From contig MNZB01000002.1 of the NCBI GenBank assembly GCA_001873435.1, positions 129,620-193,619 on the forward strand: a stretch of DNA of 64,000 bases, given 5' to 3'. Positions 18,196-28,288 of the stretch are shown here, piece by piece. The position numbers and the translations under genes were made by a program. This stretch comes from Candidatus Pacebacteria bacterium CG2_30_36_39. Lineage in GTDB: Bacteria; Patescibacteriota; Microgenomatia; UBA1400; PJMF01. How positions within the stretch are numbered: position 1 is the stretch's first letter; the number at the start of each line of letters is the position of its first letter. The notes under the pieces were generated by a model. It did not search any database. It was not told where the DNA came from and worked only from the letters and a program-made list of their open reading frames with translations.

Positions 18196-19497
18196 TTATG
18201 ATTGTTTACCAACACCAATATATTTATAGCCTATTTTTTTGAGCTCTTCTTCATTTAATTGATTACGAGCATCTACTATCCATTGCATTGTATCAGGACG
18301 CCTGGTTTTTGAGAAATCGAAGCTGACTATTTCTGGCCATTCAATTAGGCAGAAAATTATATCTGCATTCAAAACAGCTTCTTCAATTGATTTTGTTTGA
18401 GTGTGACCAGTTTCTAGTTTTTCTAATCTAAAAAATGTTTTCCAGGAAGCCATTGGGTCATAACTTGAGATTTCGGCTCCTTTACTTAAAAGAATTGGAA
18501 CTACTTTATTTGCTGGTGCTTCACGCATGTCATCAGTATTTGGTTTGAATGATAAGCCCAAAACTGCAACTTTTTTACCCTTCCAACCACCGATCTTTTT
18601 TTCAATTCTTTGTAAAATCTTTGGGATACGAGTTTCATTTAATTCATTGATTTTATTGAATAAATTATCACCTTCTTCTACCGACCTAGAGTAAGCAGCG
18701 ATCTCTTTTACATCCTTGGGGAAACAAGAACCGCCATAGCCAAAACCAGGATACCAATATTGAGAACCAATTCTTTTATCTAAACCAATGGCAGAAATTA
18801 CATCTTCAATATCCGCACCATTTTTCTCACAAAGATCAGCTACCTGATTAACAAAGGTAATCCTAGTAGCAAGATATGCATTGGCTGCATATTTAGCCAT
18901 TTGAGCTGATTCTGGTTTAACTTTTACAATCGGAGCATTGAGCGGTAGATGGAGTTCTTCTAATCTCTTAAATACTTCATCATTATTTGCGCCTAAGACA
19001 ACTCTGTCTGGATGAAGTGTATCTTTAACAGCGGTTCCTTCTTTGAGAAATTCTGGCACTGATGCTACATGAAATTTAACGTTGGTTAGTTTTTTAATTC
19101 TTGCTTCTACAATTGGTAATGTTCCTGGAGGAACAGTGGATTTCACAACAACAATAGCATTTTCTTTTAAATATGGAGCAAGTGAATCTAGGCTAGCAAA
19201 AACATAGCGGAGATCTGCTTGGCCATCTGGTCCAGATGGAGTGCCAACGGCAATCATAATAATGTCGGCATCTTTAATCGCAACTTCATAGTTGGTGGTA
19301 AAAGTTAGATTACCGCCTTTTTGTTGGGAGATTAATAAATCTTCTAATCCAGGTTCATAGAATGGTACTTTGCTATTTTTTAAGGAAGTAATTTTATTTT
19401 CATCAACATCAAGTCCAATGACTTGATTACCAAACGAAGCATAAACAGCTGCGCTGACAACTCCGACAAAACCAGTACCAATGAACGTCACATTCAT
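18196..19497 (-). CDS. ugd: UDP-glucose 6-dehydrogenase (nucleotide-sugar dehydrogenase family)
   Basis: 'MNVTFIGTGFVGVVSAAVYA'. Catalytic Cys motif 'GYGGSCFPKDV'. 433 aa. Confidence 0.85.
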   Translation of the reverse strand: MNVTFIGTGFVGVVSAAVYASFGNQVIGLDVDENKITSLKNSKVPFYEPGLEDLLISQQKGGNLTFTTNYEVAIKDADIIMIAVGTPSGPDGQADLRYVFASLDSLAPYLKENAIVVVKSTVPPGTLPIVEARIKKLTNVKFHVASVPEFLKEGTAVKDTLHPDRVVLGANNDEVFKRLEELHLPLNAPIVKVKPESAQMAKYAANAYLATRITFVNQVADLCEKNGADIEDVISAIGLDKRIGSQYWYPGFGYGGSCFPKDVKEIAAYSRSVEEGDNLFNKINELNETRIPKILQRIEKKIGGWKGKKVAVLGLSFKPNTDDMREAPANKVVPILLSKGAEISSYDPMASWKTFFRLEKLETGHTQTKSIEEAVLNADIIFCLIEWPEIVSFDFSKTRRPDTMQWIVDARNQLNEEELKKIGYKYIGVGKQS

Positions 19498-19566
19498 ATT
19501 TTCTTTCTATTTTAGCTTTCAATTTAGGTCGTTTATAGGCTCAGTATAGCATTATATAATCAGGCT

Positions 19567-20223
19567 ATGGAGATTATCATTTTTACTTTATTTCCCGATT
19601 TTTTTAAAGGGGCTTTTATGACCTCTATCTTGGGTAAGGCTGTAAAGGAAGGCCAAGTTAGTTTTAAATTCATAAACATTAGAGATTTTGCTTTGGATAA
19701 GCATAAAACTACTGACGATCGTCCATATGGAGGCGGTCCAGGCATGGTTATGAAGGTTGAACCAATTGATCTAGCTCTCAAAGCTTTTAATTTTAAAAAA
19801 GATACTCCTAATGAAAAAATAATCTTAACTTCAGCTCAGGGAAGTCTTTATTCTCAGGCTAAAGCAGGGGATTTGGCTAAATATCAGCGGTTAGCGATTG
19901 TTTGTGGACATTATGAAGGCGTAGACGAAAGAATTACTGAAAATCTTATTGATGAAGAAATTAGAATTGGTGACTATGTTTTAACTGGTGGTGAGCCAGC
20001 GGCAATTGTTATTTCAGACAGTGTCATCCGTTTAATTCCAGGAGTTTTGGGAAATGAAGAAAGTAATTTAGATGAATCTCACTCTGAGCCAGGGAAAATG
20101 GGTTTTCCTCAATATACTAGACCAGAAAAATATTTAGATTGGTCAGTTCCACAAGAATTATTATCAGGTGATCCTAAAAAAATCTTACCTTGGCGCGAGC
20201 AACATCGTAAAGTTGATAAATAA
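19567..20223 (+). CDS. trmD: tRNA (guanine37-N1)-methyltransferase
   Basis: 'IIIFTLFPDFF', 'RPYGGGPGMVM', 'VCGHYEGVDERI'. SPOUT-fold TrmD signatures. Confidence 0.85.
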   Translation: MEIIIFTLFPDFFKGAFMTSILGKAVKEGQVSFKFINIRDFALDKHKTTDDRPYGGGPGMVMKVEPIDLALKAFNFKKDTPNEKIILTSAQGSLYSQAKAGDLAKYQRLAIVCGHYEGVDERITENLIDEEIRIGDYVLTGGEPAAIVISDSVIRLIPGVLGNEESNLDESHSEPGKMGFPQYTRPEKYLDWSVPQELLSGDPKKILPWREQHRKVDK

Positions 20224-20225
20224 CT

Positions 20226-21095
20226 TTATTCAACCTCACTCAAAGCTTCACGAATAGTTTTGAGTTTGAAATCTAAAATTTTAGCTAGTTTTTCATTGCT
20301 CATGGCAGTATTTCGTTGATATGGACGTGCTGAGCTCTTAAGATAAGCCTCTAGGTCGCCTTTGCCAATTTCAGCTCCCAATGATTTTATTTCATTAATA
20401 GCTACAGCAAAATCATAATCAGACCAGCTTTCGCCGTTTGTAGCATGGAAAAGACCGGTAGTGTTAGTACGAACTATAAAATCAATTACTTTACCAAAAT
20501 CATTTACAAAGGTAGGACCAAAATAGTGATTGGTAAATTGAGGGTAAAGAGAACCTGCTTTTATGCCATTAATAATGCGGTGAACAGTGTCTACTTTCTC
20601 AAAGGCGTCGGATCTAAAAGGTTGGTCAATACGTAAAATAGTCCATGGGCACTGAGCTTTTTTTACTACTTCTTCTGCTAAAAACTTTGTTTTTCCATAC
20701 CACTCGATTGGATTTGGGACATCTTCTTCGGTATAGAGTTCTTTTTTCTCTCCATCAAAAACATAAGCAGTGGAAACGTAAATTACATGTTTATTAGTTG
20801 CTTCTGCAGCTTTAATAATGTTTTCAGTTCCTATGACATTAACCTGATAAGCAATGCCATTTGCATCATCTGTTTGTTGCCAAGCACCAGTTACATCGGT
20901 GTAGGCAGCTAGATGAACAACGTGTTTTGCTGTTGATTCATTGAACCTGGTTAAGACTTGATCATATTTTGTAATGTCAGTAGGCTTATTTTGGTCTCGA
21001 AGGTCTAGATTGTTGAACTCATAAATATTTTTAAAATCTAAGGCAAAACGTGAGCCGACCAAACCATTAAGACCAGTTGTAAGTAGTGCTTTCAT
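20226..21095 (-). CDS. rmlD: dTDP-4-dehydrorhamnose reductase-like SDR (RmlD family)
   Basis: 'VVHLAAYTDV' and 'HVIYVSTAYVFDGEK...YGKTKFLAEEVV' parallel E. coli RmlD 'HYSTDYVFPG...YGKTKLAGE'. Confidence 0.65.
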   Translation of the reverse strand: MKALLTTGLNGLVGSRFALDFKNIYEFNNLDLRDQNKPTDITKYDQVLTRFNESTAKHVVHLAAYTDVTGAWQQTDDANGIAYQVNVIGTENIIKAAEATNKHVIYVSTAYVFDGEKKELYTEEDVPNPIEWYGKTKFLAEEVVKKAQCPWTILRIDQPFRSDAFEKVDTVHRIINGIKAGSLYPQFTNHYFGPTFVNDFGKVIDFIVRTNTTGLFHATNGESWSDYDFAVAINEIKSLGAEIGKGDLEAYLKSSARPYQRNTAMSNEKLAKILDFKLKTIREALSEVE

Positions 21096-21111
21096 CGGAG
21101 CTTTCTAATTA

Positions 21112-22125
21112 TTATTTTTGATACTGTTCAGAAAAATATTGTTTATTGGCGTATTTTAATTTTTGCCACCAGGATGGGTTGTTTTTATACCATTTAATGG
21201 TTTTTTTTATGCCTTCTTCCAAGGAAACACTTGGTTTCCAGCCTAGTTCTTGATTAATTTTGGTCCAGTCAACCGCATAGCGACGATCATGCCCCGGTCT
21301 ATCTTTAACATATTCTATTTTGTCTTCAGATTCTCCCATGATTTTCAAAATCATTTTAGAAATTTCAAGGTTTGATACATCTGTAGTTAAACCACCAATT
21401 AAATATGTTTCATGAAGTTTACCATCAGTTAAAACTCGATCTATTGCTGAACAATGATCCTGGACATATAGCCAATCTCTAACATATAGACCGTCTCCAT
21501 AAACAGGAATATTTTTCTTTTCAATTAGATTGGTAATGGTTAGAGAAATGAATTTTTCAGGGAATTGATATTCACCATAATTATTTGAACAGTTGGTAAT
21601 GGTGTATGGCAAGCCATAGGTTGTGCCATAAGCTCTGACTAAATGGTCTGAAGCTGCTTTGCTAGCAGAGTATGGACTATGCGGGTTATATGGAGTTAAA
21701 AGATTAAATTTTTCGGTGGTATTTAGTTCTAAAGCACCAAAAACTTCATCTGTGGAGATGTGGTGAAAACGTTGGATCTTATTTTTTAAAGCTGATTCTA
21801 GAAGTACTTGTGTGCCAATGATGTTAGTTTCTAAAAATAATTCTGGATTTTTTATTGAACGATCAACATGTGATTCGGCAGCAAAGTGAACTACGGTGTC
21901 GACATCATCCATAATTTTATCAACAAGCTCTTTATTTCCAATATCTCCATGGACAAAGGTGTAGTTGGTATTATTTTCTATACTAGCTAGATTTTCTGTG
22001 TTTCCTGCATAAGTTAATTTGTCTAAGTTAATAATTGAATCTTCTGGGTGGTTTTTAAGCCAATAAAGAATGAAGTTTGCTCCAATAAAGCCTGCTCCAC
22101 CAGTTACTAAGATTTTTTTTGCCAT
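21112..22125 (-). CDS. rmlB: dTDP-glucose 4,6-dehydratase
   Basis: 'KKILVTGGAGFIGANFILYW'. 'YSASKAASDHLVRAY' (YxxxK). 'ISTDEVFG'. Confidence 0.9.
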   Translation of the reverse strand: MAKKILVTGGAGFIGANFILYWLKNHPEDSIINLDKLTYAGNTENLASIENNTNYTFVHGDIGNKELVDKIMDDVDTVVHFAAESHVDRSIKNPELFLETNIIGTQVLLESALKNKIQRFHHISTDEVFGALELNTTEKFNLLTPYNPHSPYSASKAASDHLVRAYGTTYGLPYTITNCSNNYGEYQFPEKFISLTITNLIEKKNIPVYGDGLYVRDWLYVQDHCSAIDRVLTDGKLHETYLIGGLTTDVSNLEISKMILKIMGESEDKIEYVKDRPGHDRRYAVDWTKINQELGWKPSVSLEEGIKKTIKWYKNNPSWWQKLKYANKQYFSEQYQK

Positions 22126-22141
22126 ACAATTTTCCTGATCT

Positions 22142-22321
22142 ATATATTTATTTTTTTGTTATTGTTTCTAGTAAAAATTCATTCTTTTTTGTTTCAGCTT
22201 GATAAACAGAATGATAATAACCAGCAATATATGACAAGATAACAATTATTAAAACTAGAATTTTAATTAGAGTTTTAGGTGAGACTGGTTGAGGAAAAGC
22301 TTGTTCGAATATTTTTTTCAT
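22142..22321 (-). CDS. small membrane ORF (59 aa, one TM). Not in the track because it is short.
   Basis: Minus-strand ATG at 22321. Translation 'MKKIFEQAFPQPVSPKTLIKILVLIIVILSYIAGYYHSVYQAETKK...'. Sits 16 nt after the LCP gene stop. Confidence 0.25.
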
Positions 22322-22337
22322 GTGTTTTCAGTATAGC

Positions 22338-23468
22338 TTATTTAAATAGATCAGCATTAATTTCTTTTTGAAATAGATCTTGATTGTTTATCACGTAGAC
22401 CCATTGTTTTTGATATTTATTTGATGGTTTTGGATTGTCTAAGACTCCAGATTCAGGATTTTCTTTGGTCGTAGATAGTTGATGACTGTTTAAAACAATG
22501 TTTTCTCTAATTGGTAAAAGAGTTTTAACTGTGGCAATTCCTTCTTCTAGAGTAAATACTTGTGCATAATTGTCGTCATACCAACGATATAGTTGGCCAG
22601 CGAGTTCTGGGTTATTTATGTATTGTTTGAAGTTTAATAATTGAGAGAAAAGTGCTTTTATTATTATCTGTTGTCTTTCGCCCCTGGAAAGGTCGGTTCC
22701 CTCATCTCCTTCGCTATGACGACTGCGGATGTATTGTAAGGACTCTTCACCTGTTAGAGTTTGTTCCCCAGCTTTAAATTCAATAGTTTGATATAAAATT
22801 TTTGGGTCTCTTTCTTTAGTGACGTCTACTCCTGACCTAGGAAATTCTTGATCAATAAATCCGGTTGGAATATTTACTTTTATACCTCCAGTTAAATCAA
22901 TTAGTTTTTTAAGTTCATCAAGCGAAACCACAATGGTGTGGTGAATTTTAATATTTGTCATTTCTTCAATTACTTCTTGAGTAAATTTTTCTGGTGTGGA
23001 GGGGTATCTGTCTAAACCATAAAAGTATAGGGCGTTTATTTTGGTTTGATATTTTTCTGACCATAGGTCTCTGGGTAGTGGTAGAGTGTTGATTGTTCCA
23101 GATTTTAGATTTATAGAAATGAGCATCATTGTGTCTGTTAAAGGTGGGATTTCACCTCTTCCGGCTATGGAATCAACGCCAAGTAATAAAATATTTTTAT
23201 GATCTTCTGTTTGGATTGGTTCTTGTTGCCAGCTATTTACTACTTTGTTTTTAAGCTCCCAAGTAGAAATACCAGCTGCTTGTTCAAATTTTTTAATTTT
23301 GCCATAACCCCAAAAACAAAGACCTATGCCAGTAACAAGAAACATTAATAAAACAAAAAATAAAGCTAATAAATGAGTTTTAATTAGAAGTATCCAGATG
23401 TTGCTGGTATATTTTTTATCTTCAACTTGGTTTGTTTGAGACTTAGATGTCACTAATTCTTTTTTCAT
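22338..23468 (-). CDS. LytR-CpsA-Psr (LCP) family cell-envelope glycopolymer transferase
   Basis: N-terminal TM. 'ILLLGVDSIAGRG' and 'TDTMMLISIN' LCP core motifs. 376 aa. Confidence 0.75.
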   Translation of the reverse strand: MKKELVTSKSQTNQVEDKKYTSNIWILLIKTHLLALFFVLLMFLVTGIGLCFWGYGKIKKFEQAAGISTWELKNKVVNSWQQEPIQTEDHKNILLLGVDSIAGRGEIPPLTDTMMLISINLKSGTINTLPLPRDLWSEKYQTKINALYFYGLDRYPSTPEKFTQEVIEEMTNIKIHHTIVVSLDELKKLIDLTGGIKVNIPTGFIDQEFPRSGVDVTKERDPKILYQTIEFKAGEQTLTGEESLQYIRSRHSEGDEGTDLSRGERQQIIIKALFSQLLNFKQYINNPELAGQLYRWYDDNYAQVFTLEEGIATVKTLLPIRENIVLNSHQLSTTKENPESGVLDNPKPSNKYQKQWVYVINNQDLFQKEINADLFK

Positions 23469-23542
23469 AGAAACTAAACTTCATTGTAACTCATCTTATG
23501 AAGAAAGAAAAAAACTAGAAAACAGAGGCATTTCTCCACAAG

Positions 23543-25327
23543 ATGGGCTACAATAGGAGAGTGCAAAAACTGAAACAGTGGTCAGTCTTTTCTTTTTTAT
23601 TGCTAGTTTTCTTAGCTAGTTCTTGGTCTCTCTTGATAAACAATGGGTTTTTTAGGGTTCACGATTTTACTCATGCCGGTAGAATTGTTGAAATGGCCAG
23701 GGCTTTACAAGATGGTCATTTTCCAGTTAGATGGACTGAAAATTTTGGTTATGGCTATGGTATGCCTTTATTTGAGTTTTATGGTCCATTGCCTTTTTAT
23801 GTTGGCGCTCTATTTTTCTTGATTTTTGGTAATGTGATTTGGAGTATTAAATTTTTATATTTGTTGGTTAATTTTGGTACCTTAATGGGTGGATATTGTT
23901 TGGGTAAGAAGCTTTATGGTCGAGCTGGAGGTTTGTTGGTTGCAACTTTTTTAACTCTAGCTCCATATAGAGCAATGAATTTATTTGCCAGAGGGGCTTT
24001 AAATGAGGTTTGGGGTATTATGTTTTTGTCTTGGATATTATTTGGTTTGATAAAGATATTTCATCAAGAAAAAAATGGCTGGAAATTTTTTACTTTATCT
24101 TTAATTGGTTTGTTTTTATCTCATAACATTACAACAATGATTTTCTTGCCTGTTTTGGCTTTGTTTGCCTTGTTTTATATGGGAACGATGTATTTTTATC
24201 AGAGGCCGGAACTTTTTAGAAAGAGTCAATTTAGATTGAGGAATTTTTTAAGAATTTCTTGGCAGTTATTTGCAAGTGGGTTGTTGGCTGTTGGTGCCGC
24301 TAGTTTTTATTTGTTGCCAGCATTTTTAGAGAAGAACTATACTCAGGTAGAAAAGATTATTTTAACTTATTATTTTGATTTTAGATTGCATTTCTTGTAT
24401 ATCAGGCAGTTTTTTAATTCGACTTGGGGGTATGGTGGTAGTGGCTGGGGAACTGATGATGGTATTTCTTTTTTCTTGGGTTGGGGGCAATTATTAACAT
24501 TAATTATTTTTCTATTGTTGTGGTTTAAACAGATTTGTAGATTTATTTTTAAGAGAAATGTTAAACAGTCTTCGCAAATTTCCGCCAGATCTTTTTGGTT
24601 GACTCTGTCTTTTGGAGTTTTGACTTTATTTACTTTGTTTATGAGTTTGCTGAAATCTCAATTTGTTTGGGAGCAAATAGAGATTTTTAAATTTATTCAA
24701 TTTCCCTGGCGTTGGTTGAGTTCGGCTATAGTGTTTTTGGCTTTGCTTTTAGGTTCAATTTCTTGGCTTTTTACTAATGTCATAGTTAGGGCTTGGGTAG
24801 CTGGGATTGTTGTTGTTATATCTGTTATTGGTTCGGTTGGGTTTTTTAGGCCAGATTTTTATTTAGATAATCCTGTAGATTTTTACTATACAGATCCATC
24901 TAGAATTAGAAATGAATTGAGTGGTATTTTGCCAGACTATATATCGAGTGATATGGAAGAAAAACCAAGTATTATTCCAGATCAGTTGATTATTAATCAT
25001 GAAGATTTAGATGCTGAAAAGTATGATGTTTTAGTTGATCGTACTCATGAAAAATTAATTAAAACTTCTTTTTCTACTCCTACCAAATTGGAGTTGGCTG
25101 TAGCGACTTATCCCGGTTGGAAGACTGAGATAGATGGGCAGTGGTGGAATAATTCCAAGGGAGTAGTGGGTAATATTCAGATTGAAGCTCCAGCTGGAGA
25201 GCACTTGGTGAGTTTGAGATTTGAAAATACTTGGTTGAGAACTTATTCAGATTTAATCTCTCTTTTTTCTTGGTTAATACTTATCTATTTATTTTTGCCA
25301 AAAAATATTATTAAGAAGAAGAACTGA
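23543..25327 (+). CDS. YfhO-like polytopic membrane protein (putative GT-C glycosyltransferase), paralog 1
   Basis: N-terminal 'HDFTHAGRIVEMARALQDGHFPVRW'. Loop motif 'YLLPAFLEKNYTQ'. 'IQFPWRWLS'. C-terminal 'YPGWKTEIDGQWW' domain. 594 aa. Confidence 0.5.
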   Translation: MGYNRRVQKLKQWSVFSFLLLVFLASSWSLLINNGFFRVHDFTHAGRIVEMARALQDGHFPVRWTENFGYGYGMPLFEFYGPLPFYVGALFFLIFGNVIWSIKFLYLLVNFGTLMGGYCLGKKLYGRAGGLLVATFLTLAPYRAMNLFARGALNEVWGIMFLSWILFGLIKIFHQEKNGWKFFTLSLIGLFLSHNITTMIFLPVLALFALFYMGTMYFYQRPELFRKSQFRLRNFLRISWQLFASGLLAVGAASFYLLPAFLEKNYTQVEKIILTYYFDFRLHFLYIRQFFNSTWGYGGSGWGTDDGISFFLGWGQLLTLIIFLLLWFKQICRFIFKRNVKQSSQISARSFWLTLSFGVLTLFTLFMSLLKSQFVWEQIEIFKFIQFPWRWLSSAIVFLALLLGSISWLFTNVIVRAWVAGIVVVISVIGSVGFFRPDFYLDNPVDFYYTDPSRIRNELSGILPDYISSDMEEKPSIIPDQLIINHEDLDAEKYDVLVDRTHEKLIKTSFSTPTKLELAVATYPGWKTEIDGQWWNNSKGVVGNIQIEAPAGEHLVSLRFENTWLRTYSDLISLFSWLILIYLFLPKNIIKKKN

Positions 25328-25331
25328 AGAT

Positions 25332-26825
25332 ATGATTCAACAAACAGCTCCAGATATTACTGATGAACTAGAAGAGTTGATGGATGATGACATTGAGCAG
25401 ATCAAGCAGAAATCTGTTTCTGGAGTGGTTTCATATTTTTTCCGTACAGCTTTTTTGCAGGGCATAGGTTTGGTGGCGGCTTTTGTTTTAAGTGCGTTTT
25501 TTTCTCCAACTGATTTTGGTGTTTATGGTTTTGTTACTCAAATTATTGGTTTGTTGATTTTCTTTTCTGATGTTGGTTTAGCTGCAGCTTTGGTACAACA
25601 AAAAGATAATCCAGATAATAAGGCTTACCAGGTTGCTTTTACTTTGCAGTGGTTGCTGTCTTGGCTAATAGTTGGAATTATTGGTCTAGTGATATTGAGT
25701 GGTTTAGTTCAAGCTAAGGTCGGTGTGGCTGGTGTTTGGGTGTTGTTTAGTTTGGCCATTTCCTTTCCTTTGGCAACCTTAAAGACTGTTTCTTCTATTC
25801 GTTTAGAAAGAAAATTGTTGTTTCAAAAACTAGTTATTCCTCAAATTTTTGAGCAAATTGTTTTCTTTGGTTTATTGATTGCCCTAGCCTGGCGGGGGAT
25901 GGGTGTAATGGCTTATACCTATGCGATTATTGCTAGATCAATTATTGGTACATTGGTGATGTGGTTGATTGAGCCATGGAAAGGTATTGGTTTTTTGTGG
26001 GATTTGAAGATTTTGAGGTCATTGTTGGGTTTTGGGGTAAAGTTTCAGCTCAATGATTTTCTAGCAAGAATTAAGGATCAATTATTTTATTTGGGGTTGG
26101 CGGCATTTTTGCCTTTAGAGCAATTTGGTTATATTCAATGGGCTAAGAATTGGTCAATGTATCCATATAATTTAACTGTTCAAAATGTAATGGCCATAAC
26201 TTTTCCAACCTATTCTCGTTTGCAACATCGAAAAGATTTATTGCAAAAGGCGATTGAGAAATCAATTTTTTTCATTTCTTTAGCAATCTTTCCAATCTTA
26301 GTAGGTATGAGTATCTTTATTTGGCCACTTACTCAGGTGGTAGAGAAATATCATAAGTGGGAGCCAGCTGTTGCTAGTTTTATTTTTTTTGCTTTGAGTA
26401 TTGGTTGGGCAGCTTTATCTACTCCTTTGGTTAATACTTTGAATGCGATTGGTTATATTAATAAAACTTTAAAGTTGATGATGATGTGGACTGTTTTGAC
26501 TTGGGTTTTAACTCCTGTTTTTGTTTGGAAATTTGGTTTTAATGGTGTTGCTTTGTCTGCTTTTGTTATTTCATTTACTTCTTTGTTCTCTGTTCAGATG
26601 GTTAAAAAGCATCTTCCAGTTAGAATTCTACCTCAGATTAAAGAAGCTTCTTTGGCGGCTATTTTAATGGCTTTGGCTGGTTACTTTGGTATGAGTTACT
26701 GGGTTAGGGATTTGAAATGGTTGTTTATTGGTGGGCTATTTACTAGTTTGGTTTATGGTTTTAGTATTTTGGTTTTTGGTGGTAAAAGGATATTTGTTGA
26801 GGTTAAAAATTTGATGAAGAAATAA
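25332..26825 (+). CDS. Wzx-like oligosaccharide flippase (MOP superfamily, polysaccharide biosynthesis protein family)
   Basis: 497 aa with about 12-14 TM segments. N-terminal 'VSGVVSYFFRTAFLQGIGLVAAFVLSAFFSPTDFGVYG' is typical of the PF01943-type N-terminus. Confidence 0.65.
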   Translation: MIQQTAPDITDELEELMDDDIEQIKQKSVSGVVSYFFRTAFLQGIGLVAAFVLSAFFSPTDFGVYGFVTQIIGLLIFFSDVGLAAALVQQKDNPDNKAYQVAFTLQWLLSWLIVGIIGLVILSGLVQAKVGVAGVWVLFSLAISFPLATLKTVSSIRLERKLLFQKLVIPQIFEQIVFFGLLIALAWRGMGVMAYTYAIIARSIIGTLVMWLIEPWKGIGFLWDLKILRSLLGFGVKFQLNDFLARIKDQLFYLGLAAFLPLEQFGYIQWAKNWSMYPYNLTVQNVMAITFPTYSRLQHRKDLLQKAIEKSIFFISLAIFPILVGMSIFIWPLTQVVEKYHKWEPAVASFIFFALSIGWAALSTPLVNTLNAIGYINKTLKLMMMWTVLTWVLTPVFVWKFGFNGVALSAFVISFTSLFSVQMVKKHLPVRILPQIKEASLAAILMALAGYFGMSYWVRDLKWLFIGGLFTSLVYGFSILVFGGKRIFVEVKNLMKK

Positions 26826-26827
26826 CT

Positions 26828-28171
26828 ATGAAAAAGAAGTTGGCTATTTTTTTCTTATTTGTTTTGGGTGGTTTTATTTTAAGGGTTTTTCATTATTGGT
26901 CTTTTCCTGTTTTTGGTGAGACTGCTGATGAGAGTGCTTGGACTCATCTAGGAGCTTCTTTGATTCAGGAAGGGGTTCCTGCTTCTTGGTCATATTTTGG
27001 TCCATATCAGCCAGATTATGTTTATAAGACTGGAGTTTATGATGCGCCTATTGTTAGGCCGGTTTTTGATCATCCACCACTTTTTTCTTTGCTTCCAGGA
27101 TTGGCTCATGCTTTAAAAGGAGATTGGCTAGAGTTTCCTTCTTCTAAAGTGATTAGGTTGCCCTTGGTTTTGCTGGGGGCGTTGAATGTGGGGTTGTTTT
27201 GGTTGGTGGCAGAGAAGTTTTTTAAAGATAAGGGTTGGGCTGTTTTTGCTACTTTATTGTTTATGACTATTCCAGAGATTGTTTTTGGTAGTAGGTTGGT
27301 TGTAGCAGAGAATTTGATTGTTACGTGGAATTTATTGGCGATGATTGCTTTGTTTTATTCAGAAAAGAAGTGGAGTAATAGGCTTTTATTTGTTGTAAGT
27401 GTTTTGGCTGTTTTAACAAAGGTTTCTGGATTGGTTGTTCCAGTTGTTATTATTTCATTGGGTTTTATAGAAAAGAAATGGGATTGGTTTAGAGCTGGGA
27501 TGTTTGGGCTTATTTCTGGAGTAATTATTTATGTTTTGTATGGTGTTTTATATAATTTTGATTTGTTTTGGGCTGTTTTACAGTCTCAGGCTGGTAGGGA
27601 GTTAGGATTTGCGACGTTGCAGAATAGAATGTTTTTACATCCAACGATTGTCAAAAATATTTTTTTTGATGGTTGGAAAATTTTTGGTTTATTAGCTAGC
27701 TTCATTGTTTTGCTTAAAAAGGATACAAAGTATTTAGTTATCCAGCTTTTTACTGTTTTGAATTTGGTTTTTATTGTTTTGACTGTTGGAGAGGGTACTC
27801 TTCATGGTTGGTATGATTATGTTTTGTGGCCTTCTTTTGTTCTTGCTATTTCGATAGTTTTTCGAGAGATTTATGTTAATGGTAATAATGTTATGTTTGG
27901 TTTTGCTTGGATGTTTTTGTTGCCAGTGGTTAGGTTGGTTGCTTATTTAGGAAATATAAGTCTTGGTTTGTGGGCGATCAGGGGTATTGTTTCTGTTGGT
28001 TTTATGCCTTTGTTATTTGAATCTATTTCTTTAAAAAAATCTAGGGATTTTTCTATGAAATTTTTGATTTTATTATTGTTGATGTTTAATATTTTAGTTG
28101 TTTATTTGATTACAATTGAGAAGTACTGGCTACAATCTGCTTGGTTTGAGTCTTTTAAAATGAGTTTGTGA
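26828..28171 (+). CDS. GT-C-fold membrane glycosyltransferase-like protein (447 aa)
   Basis: 'PVFGETADESAWTHLGASL' acidic loop after TM1. Multiple TM segments. Confidence 0.45.
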   Translation: MKKKLAIFFLFVLGGFILRVFHYWSFPVFGETADESAWTHLGASLIQEGVPASWSYFGPYQPDYVYKTGVYDAPIVRPVFDHPPLFSLLPGLAHALKGDWLEFPSSKVIRLPLVLLGALNVGLFWLVAEKFFKDKGWAVFATLLFMTIPEIVFGSRLVVAENLIVTWNLLAMIALFYSEKKWSNRLLFVVSVLAVLTKVSGLVVPVVIISLGFIEKKWDWFRAGMFGLISGVIIYVLYGVLYNFDLFWAVLQSQAGRELGFATLQNRMFLHPTIVKNIFFDGWKIFGLLASFIVLLKKDTKYLVIQLFTVLNLVFIVLTVGEGTLHGWYDYVLWPSFVLAISIVFREIYVNGNNVMFGFAWMFLLPVVRLVAYLGNISLGLWAIRGIVSVGFMPLLFESISLKKSRDFSMKFLILLLLMFNILVVYLITIEKYWLQSAWFESFKMSL

Positions 28172-28224
28172 GAATTTTAGTAACCCTTAGAATATTGGGT
28201 AGTAATTTTTTATTCATGGTCGAT

Positions 28225-28275
28225 AAAAAAATAGAGAGCATTCGTTAATACTCTCTATTTTATTTTTATTTTTAT
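28225..28275. terminator. bidirectional intrinsic terminator between convergent genes
   Basis: A-run (28225-28230). Stem atagagag (28231-28238), 12-nt loop, stem ctctctat (28251-28258). T-rich tract 'tttatttttattttt' follows. Confidence 0.55.
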
Positions 28276-28288
28276 AAGGTAACTAATT

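Noticed and set aside
19560-19781. Minus-strand 73-aa ORF overlapping the trmD start
   Set aside because: It is antisense to a strongly supported trmD N-terminus. It has no RBS and no conservation signal.
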